Source: Bryobacterales bacterium
GTDB lineage: Bacteria; Acidobacteriota; Terriglobia; Bryobacterales; UBA6623
DNA: 64,000 bases
Assembly (NCBI GenBank): GCA_965248255.1
Contig: CBDFIW010000003.1
Location: forward strand, 545,239-609,238
Reading direction: 5' to 3'
Positions 28,476 through 38,110 of this stretch are shown here, in pieces. Position 1 is the first letter of the stretch, and each line of letters starts with the position of its first letter. The notes beneath the pieces were generated by a model. It was given only the letters and a program-made list of their open reading frames with translations, was not told the origin of the DNA and did no database searches. The position numbers were made by a program, and so were the translations under genes.

Positions 28476-30445
28476 CGGGTACGCTCCAAGGACCGCCAGG
28501 GAAGGAAGTATGACGGCTTGTTCTTGTAGCGGCGCATTGTGATGCGCAGCGTGGTACCCGCGCCGGGTTCTAGATCGACGCGGAAGAGGGTTCCGTTGAC
28601 TTCAGCTGTCCGCGTCTCCGCCTCCAACGCGTCGCGCGGGCGGACGCCGATTGGCTGGCTCGGCTTGGCGGCGCGGTAGTCTACCGAAGCGATCGTGTGC
28701 TCTCCGTACGCCCCTCCTTGAACGAGCATCCGCTTTGTTTCAAATAGGTTGGTATTGATTAGCTGTAGTTCAACATGATCGTCCGATATCGCTGCAACGA
28801 GGGCCGCGACACCCTGCGGCAGGCCCGGTTCCCGACGGTCTAGGTCGAAGTAGCGCAGCCGCGAATGCAGCATCTCACCGCGCTTGTGGACCGGCAGGCC
28901 GCCGATCGTCAGCCGTACCAGGTTGTCAGTGGGCATGGGTTCGAGAGCCAGCCACTGGGCGTCGAACCAGGTCTCGGGATCGCCGTGCTCGTTGAGAATG
29001 CGTTTGAGCTTCTGGGCGACGAATCGCAGGTCGGACCGCAAGGCTTCTTCGGGGAACGTTGGGTTCGAACCCTTGACGAATTGGGCCCAGCCGAGATCGG
29101 CATCACGCAGCGAGCGGCGAGTCTTGCGCTCGGCGGCGGCTAAGCGGTCGATGTGACGCCGGTCCTCGTCCGACTGCGACATGAACCACAGGTGAACGTA
29201 GGGGGAGGCGGGCTCTGGCAGGTAGTGGTGCCAGCCGTTCTTGTCGTCGTAGCGAATCGGCATCACGGGGACACCGTCTTTGACTTTGCCGCGACCGCGC
29301 ATCACGGCCAACTGGCTGCGCGGGAGTTCGAGCCAATAGTCCTCGCCGGTCAGCAGCGTTGCCACCTTGGCGGCGGTCAGCGTGGCTAAGACGATGTCGG
29401 TGCCGCCTCGCACCCACTTCCAGCCGTAATAGCCACCCCACCAGTTGCCGCTGTTGTACTCGCCGATCCGGCCGTTCAGGCCGACGTTGTCGGGCGTAAT
29501 GCCGTTGTTCTGCTTGGTCAGCTCGACCCACTTGCCGAGATAGTCCTCGATCCACTGGCGGTATTTCTCATCACCGGTGTAGAGGAAGGCGTTCGCCACC
29601 AGGGGCGCGGCGGTGAGGTTGATGGGCACGTCGCCACGCGCCATGCGGTCGCTCATCACCTGGACGATGCGGGCAAACTGGTCGTCTTTGGGATTGTCGT
29701 TGATCCAGCCGGTGGACGACGTGACGCCGGGGATGTCGTCGAACGGCAGATGATAGTAGACGAGGTTGGCGTTGGTGGGAATCCAGTCGCGCTTGGTCCA
29801 ACGCATTTTGGGGCCGCGGCTGCCGTTCATCGACGCCCGCATGAGCCTGAGATCAGGATTGTAATTGGGCGCGTCGGGGTCCTCGCCGGTGTACATGGCG
29901 GCGAATCGAATAGCGCGCTCACGAAACTTGGCGTCGTAGGGATCGGCCATGCCCAGCGGATAGAACGAGACGTAGCCCTCGCCGTGGTGCATCCAGTCCC
30001 AGTTGCTGTCGAACTCGCGATAGATCTGGCCGTAGCGGGAGAACTGCCGGGTGATGCCTTCCCAGACGTGGCGGTGGAGCGTGTCGAGTTGCTTCGAGCC
30101 GCCCAGGATGTGATGCAGCGAGAACCCGCGGAAGCCTTCGTAGGCGTCGTCAGAGGAGTTCATGCCTCCTTCGTAACGCTCCTTCCATCGCAGCGTGCCG
30201 TCGGGCCGCGCGTAGGTCTTGACGAACTCCTTGCCGGCGCGGTCCATCGTTTCGATCAGATGGCGCTCGAGCAATGCCCATTCGGGCGGGGCTTGAGGGA
30301 GGTCGGCACGGATGGTGGGCCAGGGAGGATCGGTTTCCTTCGTCTGCGAGGCCCCGATGGGGGCGGAACAAACCAGCATTGCCAGTACGAGCACCGGCAA
30401 CAACGTTCCCGGCAGGAAGCACGGTACTGTGCGATAACTCTTCAT
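28472..30445 (-). CDS. Large secreted hypothetical protein (~657 aa), possible (alpha/alpha)6-barrel carbohydrate-active enzyme
   Basis: Long ORF with signal peptide MKSYRTVPCFLPGTLLPVLVLAMLVCSAPIGA; aromatic/acidic motifs SDDAYEGF, DWMHHGEG and WWGGYYGW. The fold is an inference. Confidence 0.7.
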   Translation of the reverse strand: MKSYRTVPCFLPGTLLPVLVLAMLVCSAPIGASQTKETDPPWPTIRADLPQAPPEWALLERHLIETMDRAGKEFVKTYARPDGTLRWKERYEGGMNSSDDAYEGFRGFSLHHILGGSKQLDTLHRHVWEGITRQFSRYGQIYREFDSNWDWMHHGEGYVSFYPLGMADPYDAKFRERAIRFAAMYTGEDPDAPNYNPDLRLMRASMNGSRGPKMRWTKRDWIPTNANLVYYHLPFDDIPGVTSSTGWINDNPKDDQFARIVQVMSDRMARGDVPINLTAAPLVANAFLYTGDEKYRQWIEDYLGKWVELTKQNNGITPDNVGLNGRIGEYNSGNWWGGYYGWKWVRGGTDIVLATLTAAKVATLLTGEDYWLELPRSQLAVMRGRGKVKDGVPVMPIRYDDKNGWHHYLPEPASPYVHLWFMSQSDEDRRHIDRLAAAERKTRRSLRDADLGWAQFVKGSNPTFPEEALRSDLRFVAQKLKRILNEHGDPETWFDAQWLALEPMPTDNLVRLTIGGLPVHKRGEMLHSRLRYFDLDRREPGLPQGVAALVAAISDDHVELQLINTNLFETKRMLVQGGAYGEHTIASVDYRAAKPSQPIGVRPRDALEAETRTAEVNGTLFRVDLEPGAGTTLRITMRRYKNKPSYFLPWRSLERTR

Positions 30446-31194
30446 CAGGGACCTGGCCGTCTGATTCAATCGATATCTGAACAAGTCGTGTCCGGGTGGC
30501 ATGTGGCACCAGACTCCCGCCTTACCGTCTCGCGGTTCGTTGCGAGGCAGGTTCGCTCTTCACCACAGCTGTCCCATATCCTGGACCCGGGCCCCCAAGG
30601 ATCAGGACCCGGCAAGCCGGCAGCTCGTGCCAGACAGGGCTTGTTGCCTTCCTGCTTCGAACTGGAAGCAAGTAATCAACGTTCCGTCGCGCCGCCGCCT
30701 GCGAGACAAGGTGGTAAAGTCTATTGTTACAACGGATCGAGTTTAGAGGGCTCGATGGTTAAGGGCGCTTGATGATCCACCGTTGCGTGCTGTTGTCCTG
30801 TTTGGTCCGGGTTACGACAGCAAAATCTTTCTGAGGGTGCTCATGTGCATCCAAATAGCGGCCGTTGCTTTTTTGCCGGATGGTGTACAAGTTGTTGCCT
30901 ACGCCGGTCAGAATCCATCTCTGCGTATTGTTGCTCTGGGCAGTGCGCGTCACCACTGCATAGTCGCGCGCCTTAGTGGCATGTGCATCTAAGTAGCGAC
31001 CCCTGGTCCTTTGCTGAATGGTGTATGTATTCTGGCCCAAGGATTTCAAGATCCAACTCTGCGTATCGTTGTCTTGGGCGGTTCGCGTCACGACCGCATG
31101 GTCTTTCCCCGAGTGCTCATGGGCATCCAGGTAGCGGCTGTTGCTCCTCTGCTGGATCGTGTACACGCCGCGCAATCTATGCGGAGGTGCCTTA

Positions 31195-32288
31195 TTGAAT
31201 CCCGCAAATTATTATGACACTTTTTGACAGTGTGGAGCATCTATATATGTATGGGCAACCCCAAAGGTGTGAAGCGGGATTTCAAGGCGCTGGAGAAGCG
31301 CCGTTTCGAAGCGATGCGGCTGCTCCACCAAGGCCACAATCAGTCCGAGACGGCGAGACGGCTGAACGTCGCTCGCCAAACCGTCAGTGAGTGGCGGCGG
31401 CAATACCGCGAGCAGGGTGCGGCCGGACTCCGCCAGGCCGGGCGCGCCGGACGCAAGCCGCTCCTCGATGCCGCACAACGCGAACGCCTGACGTCGCTGC
31501 TGCTGGAAGGCCCGGAAGCCCACGGCTTCCCAACGCCCCTGTGGAGCTGTCCGCGGGTGGCTCGGCTGATCGGAGACGAGTTCGGGGTCGCATACCACGC
31601 AGGCCACGCCTGGAAGATCCTGCGAGCGCTCGACTGGAGCCCGCAACGCCCGGCCGGAAAGGCGCGCGAGCGCAACGAAGAGCGGATCCGCACCTGGAAG
31701 CGCAAGACCTGGAAGCGCATTAAAAAAAAGCCCAAAACGAAGGCCGTACGCTCGTCTTCATCGACGAAAGCGGATTGAGTCAGAAGCCGCATCGCTGCCG
31801 CACCTGGGCGCCACGTGGCCAAACACCGGTGCTGCAGTTTAACTTCAACTGGGAGAAGCTTTCCGTCTCGGCGGGGCTGACGCTGCGTAACTTCTACTTC
31901 CGGCTCTATCCCGGTGCGATCGGCAAAGAGCAAGTGACCGACTTTCTCAAGGCGTTGGTACGTCATATCGATCGCCCGCTGCTGATCGTCTGGGATCGGC
32001 TGCCGGCGCACCGTAGCCGCCTGGTGCAAGAGTTCATCGAACTCTCCGAAGGCCACATCGCAACCGAGTACTTGCCACCCTATGCGCCGGAGTTGAATCC
32101 GGTGGAATACATCTGGGCTTACTGGAAGCAGCACGAGTTGCCGAACGTCTGTCCGAAAGACTACGGCGAGCTGAACGAGCGGGCCCGCAAGGCACTCCGC
32201 CGCATGTACCGCAAACCGCGTTTGATCACGGCCTTCTGGAAACAGTCTTCTCTTTGTTTTGACTGACTCTATATTATGCGGGAGTCAA
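31195..32288 (+). mobile_element. IS630-family element, copy 3 (1094 bp; orfA/orfB split at A8)
   Basis: TA at 31193-94 and 32289-90; A8 at 31722-31729. Confidence 0.95.
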
Positions 32289-32582
32289 TAGTTCCCGTCC
32301 GGGGAAAGGGTGCCGAGGCACTTGAGGGTACAGAGAGTTTCGGAGGTTTCGGGACTGGAATGTCCGCTTTGGCATTGCTGCTCACCGTCACAGTCCTTGC
32401 CCAATTCACAATCGCTTGTGCATCGTCTCTGAACTGGTTATTCAGCCTCGGGAGTGGCGATCGCCCTCGCAAAGCTGCTGCTGTGTAGTTCGATGCCCTG
32501 TCGGAATCTCCAATCTGCGCGTATGTGCAGCCAAGCATGAAAGCCGTAACTGGTAACGGTACTTGCCCGTAGCTAGCGGTTA

Positions 32583-33674
32583 TTGACTCCCGCATAATAT
32601 AGAGTCAGTCAAAACAAAGAGAAGACTGTTTCCAGAAGGCCGTGATCAAACGCGGTTTGCGGTACATGCGGCGGAGTGCCTTGCGGGCCCGCTCGTTCAG
32701 CTCGCCGTAGTCTTTCGGACAGACGTTCGGCAACTCGTGCTGCTTCCAGTAAGCCCAGATGTATTCCACCGGATTCAACTCCGGCGCATAGGGTGGCAAG
32801 TACTCGGTTGCGATGTGGCCTTCGGAGAGTTCGATGAACTCTTGCACCAGGCGGCTACGGTGCGCCGGCAGCCGATCCCAGACGATCAGCAGCGGGCGAT
32901 CGATATGACGTACCAACGCCTTGAGAAAGTCGGTCACTTGCTCTTTGCCGATCGCACCGGGATAGAGCCGGAAGTAGAAGTTACGCAGCGTCAGCCCCGC
33001 CGAGACGGAAAGCTTCTCCCAGTTGAAGTTAAACTGCAGCACCGGTGTTTGGCCACGTGGCGCCCAGGTGCGGCAGCGATGCGGCTTCTGACTCAATCCG
33101 CTTTCGTCGATGAAGACGAGCGTACGGCCTTCGTTTTGGGCTTTTTTAATGCGCTTCCAGGTCTTGCGCTTCCAGGTGCGGATCCGCTCTTCGTTGCGCT
33201 CGCGCGCCTTTCCGGCCGGGCGTTGCGGGCTCCAGTCGAGCGCTCGCAGGATCTTCCAGGCGTGGCCTGCGTGGTATGCGACCCCGAACTCGTCTCCGGT
33301 CAGCCGAGCCACCCGCGGACAGCTCCACAGGGGCGTTGGGAAGCCGTGGGCTTCCGGGCCTTCCAGCAGCAGCGACGTCAGGCGTTCGCGTTGTGCGGCA
33401 TCGAGGAGCGGCTTGCGTCCGGCGCGCCCGGCCTGGCGGAGTCCGGCCGCACCCTGCTCGCGGTATTGCCGCCGCCACTCACTGACGGTTTGGCGAGCGA
33501 CGTTCAGCCGTCTCGCCGTCTCGGACTGATTGTGGCCTTGGTGGAGCAGCCGCATCGCTTCGAAACGGCGCTTCTCCAGCGCCTTGAAATCCCGCTTCAC
33601 ACCTTTGGGGTTGCCCATACATATATAGATGCTCCACACTGTCAAAAAGTGTCATAATAATTTGCGGGATTCAA
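32583..33674 (-). mobile_element. IS630-family element, copy 4 (1092 bp; A6 tract, fused ORF)
   Basis: TA at 32581-82 and 33675-76; T6 at 33142-33147. Confidence 0.95.
32605..33618 (-). CDS. IS630 transposase, single uninterrupted ORF (337 aa from MGNPKG)
   Basis: HTH region reads through WKRIKKAQNEGRTLVFIDESG into the DDE domain. Confidence 0.85.
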   Translation of the reverse strand: MGNPKGVKRDFKALEKRRFEAMRLLHQGHNQSETARRLNVARQTVSEWRRQYREQGAAGLRQAGRAGRKPLLDAAQRERLTSLLLEGPEAHGFPTPLWSCPRVARLTGDEFGVAYHAGHAWKILRALDWSPQRPAGKARERNEERIRTWKRKTWKRIKKAQNEGRTLVFIDESGLSQKPHRCRTWAPRGQTPVLQFNFNWEKLSVSAGLTLRNFYFRLYPGAIGKEQVTDFLKALVRHIDRPLLIVWDRLPAHRSRLVQEFIELSEGHIATEYLPPYAPELNPVEYIWAYWKQHELPNVCPKDYGELNERARKALRRMYRKPRLITAFWKQSSLCFD

Positions 33675-33837
33675 TAGATGTTTCCCTGCATCGTCGAACC
33701 GCTGCTGATCGTAAGCTCGCTTGCCATTCTTGTAACTCGCTTCGGCGCTCCCGATCGTTGCGTCCGAATACTGTGGTGTCGCAACCGCCGGAAGCAAAAC
33801 AGCAAACGAAATCACAGTCTTCAACAGCAACTGAAAT

Positions 33838-34263
33838 CTATTCAGGGTCATTCTTGAAATCCTCCTCTGTTGAGGAAAGACGACCGCCATCCGTTCCGGC
33901 TCCTGGTTCGAGCCCACCGTTTTTCCTCAGAGCGTCAAACGGCGAATCCCCTTCAGGCACGTCCACGACAGGCGATGGGCCTGGGTTGATCTCGGTTGTA
34001 ACCTCCTTTTCGACGTAAATTGCATAGCCGATCAGAAGGACTCCGAGTAAAACAAACAGCAGCCCTGGCGATACACTTGCGAGGTCCGCCTGAACGCCAG
34101 CCAGCTTCGCCGAAAACTTAAACTGTCCCTTCACCCCGGAACTTATAAGCAGGTATCCCAGCCGAATAGTGAGATAGCCCAAGATGAAGCAAACAATCTT
34201 CATCAAGATGATGAGCCCGAAAGGAATCACGTGATTCCAGAAGCCCATTTCCGTGGCCGTCAT
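33838..34263 (-). CDS. Small two-TM membrane protein, overlapping the start of the TPR/ricin gene
   Basis: Two hydrophobic helices (FGLIILMKIVCFILGYL, SPGLLFVLLGVLLIGYAIYV) and an acidic Pro/Gly tail; 14-nt overlap with the next ATG at 33851. Confidence 0.7.
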   Translation of the reverse strand: MTATEMGFWNHVIPFGLIILMKIVCFILGYLTIRLGYLLISSGVKGQFKFSAKLAGVQADLASVSPGLLFVLLGVLLIGYAIYVEKEVTTEINPGPSPVVDVPEGDSPFDALRKNGGLEPGAGTDGGRLSSTEEDFKNDPE

Positions 34264-34543
34264 GACCGGTTCGAGCCGGGCCATCCGACGGGGATCTCCG
34301 GCTGGCGCATGCTGCGGTCAACCTCTTTCGGTCTCCCTCACCGCGTTTCACTTGTATAAGCGCGAAAACAATCAATGTGGGGTCAGAGTGTACCGTACAA
34401 ACGAGAGTTTTTCCGATTTGGGTTCTCCGCCCTCGGCAGTATACACCTCCACCCGCCGAAACGCAACGAGTTTTTCACGTGTGCGGCCCTTGAATCGCAC
34501 CTGGAGATGGCCTTACCATTGGCAAGTACTTTCTGGTGCACGC

Positions 34544-35524
34544 ATGCCGATCAAGAGCAAGCCCGATGTCGTTGTCTATCGCGGCAACTATCCCGGATGG
34601 CCGTGGGTGGCGTCCGCTTCCGGCAATCGGCTGCTTTGTGTCTTTCGGGACGACGGCATACACGGGTTCTCGCCCAGCAGCAAAGTCGTGCTTACCGAGA
34701 GTCAGGACGGCGGTCGGACGTGGAGCGGTGCCCGGACTGTGGTGGATGACCAAGGGGTCGACGACCGCAACGCGGCCATTGTCGAGCTGCCCGATGGAAC
34801 TTGACTGGTCTGCTACAACAGCTACACGCGAGAGCTGGTCTCGAAGTGCTGGGTGACGCTGTCGCACGACCAAGGTGGAAGCTGGAGTCCGCCAAGCCCC
34901 GTCGCGGACATCGACGCCCGTACCCGCGGCGCCGCGATTGCTCTTTCGAACGGTGACATTCTACTGCCGATCTACAAGGCTCCGGGCAGCGGTTCGGTTG
35001 CCGCGCGGTCGGGCGACGGAGGCAAAACCTGGACGCTTGCTGCTGTGCCTGACACAGACGGTTTCATCGGCGACGAGTGGATCGTGCGGCAGCTCGCTGA
35101 CGGCCGCATCATCGGGCTGATCCGCAACAACAAGTCTCGCGACGGCTACTTTTGGAAGACCGAGAGCCGCAACGGAGGCCTCACTTGGGACGTGCCGTCA
35201 AAGACCAACGTGCAGAGCGACCGGGCACCCTCGCCGCCGCACCTTGACTTTCACGGCGGGACGCCAGTGCTTACCTACGCGGACCGCCGCATGGTGTCGG
35301 TATCGATGGTGATCACCGGCGATCCGGCGTTCCTTCAGTGGGACTTGGGCCACCGGCTGCCGTGTTATCAGTACCGTCCGGATGGCCGGGCGATTGATGA
35401 CGCCAGTTACCCGGTGTCGGTCGCGGTTGGTGAACACCGGCGCTTTGTCGTTGACTATGAGATTCGCGACGGGGGCAAGTGGATTAGCGGGTACTTCGTT
35501 GATCTACCGGAAGGCTGGCGGTGA
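34544..35524 (+). pseudogene. BNR/Asp-box sialidase-family protein with an in-frame TGA at 34802-34804
   Basis: Asp-boxes SQDGGRTW, SHDQGGSW, SGDGGKTW and SRNGGLTW. Reads ELPDGT*LVCYNSY with both halves in the same frame. Confidence 0.8.
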
Positions 35525-35707
35525 GTTCGGGTATGATGTCGGCTCAGCGGCGAGGGTCGAGGCAGGGCCGAATCTGATGAACGGCTGCGAACGATTCCGG
35601 TGTGAACAGGCGGGGAGCGATCGAGACGACAAGCCACGGGTCTCTGCGAGTCCCGCGCTACGCTTGCGACTGAGCGCCGGACGCATCACGGCCCGCATCC
35701 AGCACTC

Positions 35708-36724
35708 GTGAAACTGCCCGCCGGCAAACTGCCCCCGGACTTGCTGCGGGGATTGTTGGCTTCTCTGCCCTCGGACGATTCGTCGGTCGTTGTCGGCGGC
35801 GCCGTGGGGGAAGACGCAGCGGTCCTCGACACCGGCGCACCCGATCTGCTCGTCGTCAAGACCGATCCGATCACCTTTGTGGCCGAGGATGCGGGGCGGT
35901 ATCTGCTCGCCGTCAACGGCAATGACCTGGCGACGATGGGCGCCGAGCCTCGCTGGCTGCTCGTGACGGCGCTCTTACCGGAAGGCATCGATAGCGGCCG
36001 GGCCGTGCAGGTGTTCGAAGACGTCGCCACCGCCTGCCGGGAAACGGGCGTGTCGCTCGTCGGCGGGCACACGGAGATCACCGTTGGGCTCGACCGGCCG
36101 ATGCTGGTCGGCTGCCTGCTGGGTACGGTTGCGCGGGACCGGCTCGTGCGAACGTCGGACGCCAAACCCGGTGACGCTGTGTTGCTGGCCGGCGGGATTG
36201 CTATCGAGGGCGCAGCGATCCTGGCCACCGAGCACGCCGCCGCGCTACAGGAGGCGGGCGTCGATCCGGCGATCATCGAGAGCGCGGCAGGGTGGCTCCA
36301 CTCACCCGGGATCTCGGTCCTGCCGGCGGCGAAGGCACTGCAATCGGCGGTCAAAGTTCACTCCATGCACGACCCGACCGAAGGGGGGCTTGCCACAGCT
36401 CTGCACGAGTTGGCTGAGGCGGCCGGCGTCGGGCTGCGGATCGATCGCTCGGCGATTGCTGCGCTGCCGGAGTGTGAAGTCATCTGCCAGGCCCTCGGAC
36501 TTGACCCCCTCGGGCTGCTTGCCTCAGGGGCGCTGCTGGCCACGGTGGACGAGCGGGATGCAGGTGCCGCCCTCGAGAGCTTGCAGGTCGCGGAGACTCC
36601 AGGAGTGGGAATCGGCAAAGTGCTTTCCCCTGATGCAGGCCTGACACTCGTGTCGGACGGGAGAGAAGGTTCGATTCCGAAGTTCTCCCGGGACGAGCTA
36701 GCTCGGTTTCTCGCGGTGAACTAA
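35708..36724 (+). CDS. AIR synthase-related (HypE/PurM-like) protein
   Basis: MKLPAGKLPP, VGEDAAV, KTDPITF, VNGNDLATMGA, VGGHTE and MHDPTEGGL. Confidence 0.85.
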   Translation: MKLPAGKLPPDLLRGLLASLPSDDSSVVVGGAVGEDAAVLDTGAPDLLVVKTDPITFVAEDAGRYLLAVNGNDLATMGAEPRWLLVTALLPEGIDSGRAVQVFEDVATACRETGVSLVGGHTEITVGLDRPMLVGCLLGTVARDRLVRTSDAKPGDAVLLAGGIAIEGAAILATEHAAALQEAGVDPAIIESAAGWLHSPGISVLPAAKALQSAVKVHSMHDPTEGGLATALHELAEAAGVGLRIDRSAIAALPECEVICQALGLDPLGLLASGALLATVDERDAGAALESLQVAETPGVGIGKVLSPDAGLTLVSDGREGSIPKFSRDELARFLAVN

Positions 36725-36853
36725 GCGATCCCTCCGACGCGTTCCAACAGTACTGTGCTCTTCAACCGCACACGGCCGCAAGACACACAGGGCTGACCTG
36801 CAGACGTACCTCGTCTTGTGTTGGTCGCTGAACTTGGCGTTGCGGCGGCGGTG

Positions 36854-36877
36854 CGCTCCTTGACCGTCGCGGCTCGG
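36854..36877. repeat. REP-like element, second family
   Basis: CGCTCCTTGACCGTCGCGGCTCGG; see 27441. Confidence 0.55.
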
Positions 36878-36888
36878 CTGGAACAGCG

Positions 36889-38022
36889 CTAGCTGGTGGG
36901 GGCGCAGATCGTTTGCTCGACGCGGATCTCTCCTGCTTGCTCGTCGTAGCGGAAGAGCATCAGGTCGGCCAGGTCACCCGGCTCGAGGAAGCCTTGGCGG
37001 CCTTCGAGGCGGATGCCCTTGGCGGCGTTGACCGTGCCCATGCGCAGCGCCTGGTACAGCGTAATCCCCGCAAACTGGATCAGTCGGCCGAGGCCGTAGT
37101 CCATCTTGAGGGCGGAACCGGCGAGACGTCGTGTCGTCGTCAGCTCAACGCGGTTCTCGGGCGTTAGCTCGACTTCGATGTGGCCGACGCGATAGATGCC
37201 CGGCGGACACCCGGCCGGCGCCACCGCGTCGGTCACGAGAATCGACTGGTCCAAGCCCTTGGCGCGCACGGCAATCTTGACGAAGCTCGGTGTCAGGTGG
37301 ATGCCGTCGACAATCAGGCCGGCAGACAGCTCGTCGGCGGCCATCTGCTCTTGGATGTAGTTGGGGAAGCGCGGCAGCACGTGATGCGCGCCGTTGCCCA
37401 GGTGGGTGCTCATGGTCGCGCCGGCCTGGATGGCGTCTTGAATCTGCTCGCCGGTAGCGTTGGTGTGGCCGATCGAAACCGTCACGCCCTGCCTGGCGAC
37501 GTGCTCGGCCACGGCGAGAGCGTCCTCCTGCTCGGGTGCCAAAGTGAGCAGGCTGATGCTCCCCTCGGCCGCGTCCTGGAACTGCTCCCATTCCTCCACC
37601 GTCGCGGCGCGTGTATGCTCAACCGGATGCGCCCCGCGCGGACCGTCCACCCCGGAAATCCACGGGCCCTCGACATGAAAGCCTGCCATCGAGCCGCCGT
37701 TCGGTAGCTCCCGTTTCGCCTGGGCCAAATTCTTGAGCGAGCCGCGGATGTTCTCGTTCGAGCCGGTGATCACGGTCGGTAGAAAGCGCGTGACGCCGGT
37801 GGCGCGGATGACATCGATCGAGCGGGCAATTTCGTCCTGGGGCGTGTCGGGCGAGTTGTAGTCGACGCCGGCGAAGCCGTTGACCTGGATGTCGATCATG
37901 CCGGGCGCGATCCACGGTTCCCCGTTCGGGCTGCCGGCATCTTCTACACCAGTGATGCACCCGCCCTCGTGGTGTATGTGGACGAGACACCCTGTTTCGG
38001 GGTGACGGCCGGTGTGTATCAT
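36889..38022 (-). CDS. nagA: N-acetylglucosamine-6-phosphate deacetylase
   Basis: PGMIDIQVNGFAG, FHVEGPWIS..RGAH, TLAPE, GHTNA, THLGN, DGIHL and VTDA. Confidence 0.88.
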   Translation of the reverse strand: MIHTGRHPETGCLVHIHHEGGCITGVEDAGSPNGEPWIAPGMIDIQVNGFAGVDYNSPDTPQDEIARSIDVIRATGVTRFLPTVITGSNENIRGSLKNLAQAKRELPNGGSMAGFHVEGPWISGVDGPRGAHPVEHTRAATVEEWEQFQDAAEGSISLLTLAPEQEDALAVAEHVARQGVTVSIGHTNATGEQIQDAIQAGATMSTHLGNGAHHVLPRFPNYIQEQMAADELSAGLIVDGIHLTPSFVKIAVRAKGLDQSILVTDAVAPAGCPPGIYRVGHIEVELTPENRVELTTTRRLAGSALKMDYGLGRLIQFAGITLYQALRMGTVNAAKGIRLEGRQGFLEPGDLADLMLFRYDEQAGEIRVEQTICAPTS

Positions 38023-38110
38023 TGGAACAATCCGCCCCGCGGCTCACCCAGTGTGGCACAGTGTGGCACAAAGGAAATCGTGGGACAAGAAAGCGGCCCA
38101 GCCGGCTTCC

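Larger units (their letters stand above)
30759..33851 (-). pseudogene. Secreted TPR-like plus ricin-type beta-trefoil protein (300 aa when rejoined), interrupted by IS copies 3 and 4
   Basis: Segments 33851-33675, 32580-32289 and 31192-30759 join in frame across both TA targets. Three ~46-aa YTIQQ..RYLDAH..AVVTR..Q.N.TQ.W repeats. Confidence 0.88.

Noticed and set aside
34802-34804. Selenocysteine or alternative genetic code (TGA = Trp/Gly)
   Set aside because: TGA terminates many clear genes here (recA, soxB, the PQQ gene). The position is not a redox Cys site, and I noticed no obvious SECIS-like hairpin.
38054-38075. Sigma54 promoter (TGGCAC)
   Set aside because: Neither TGGCAC is followed by TTGC at the required spacing.
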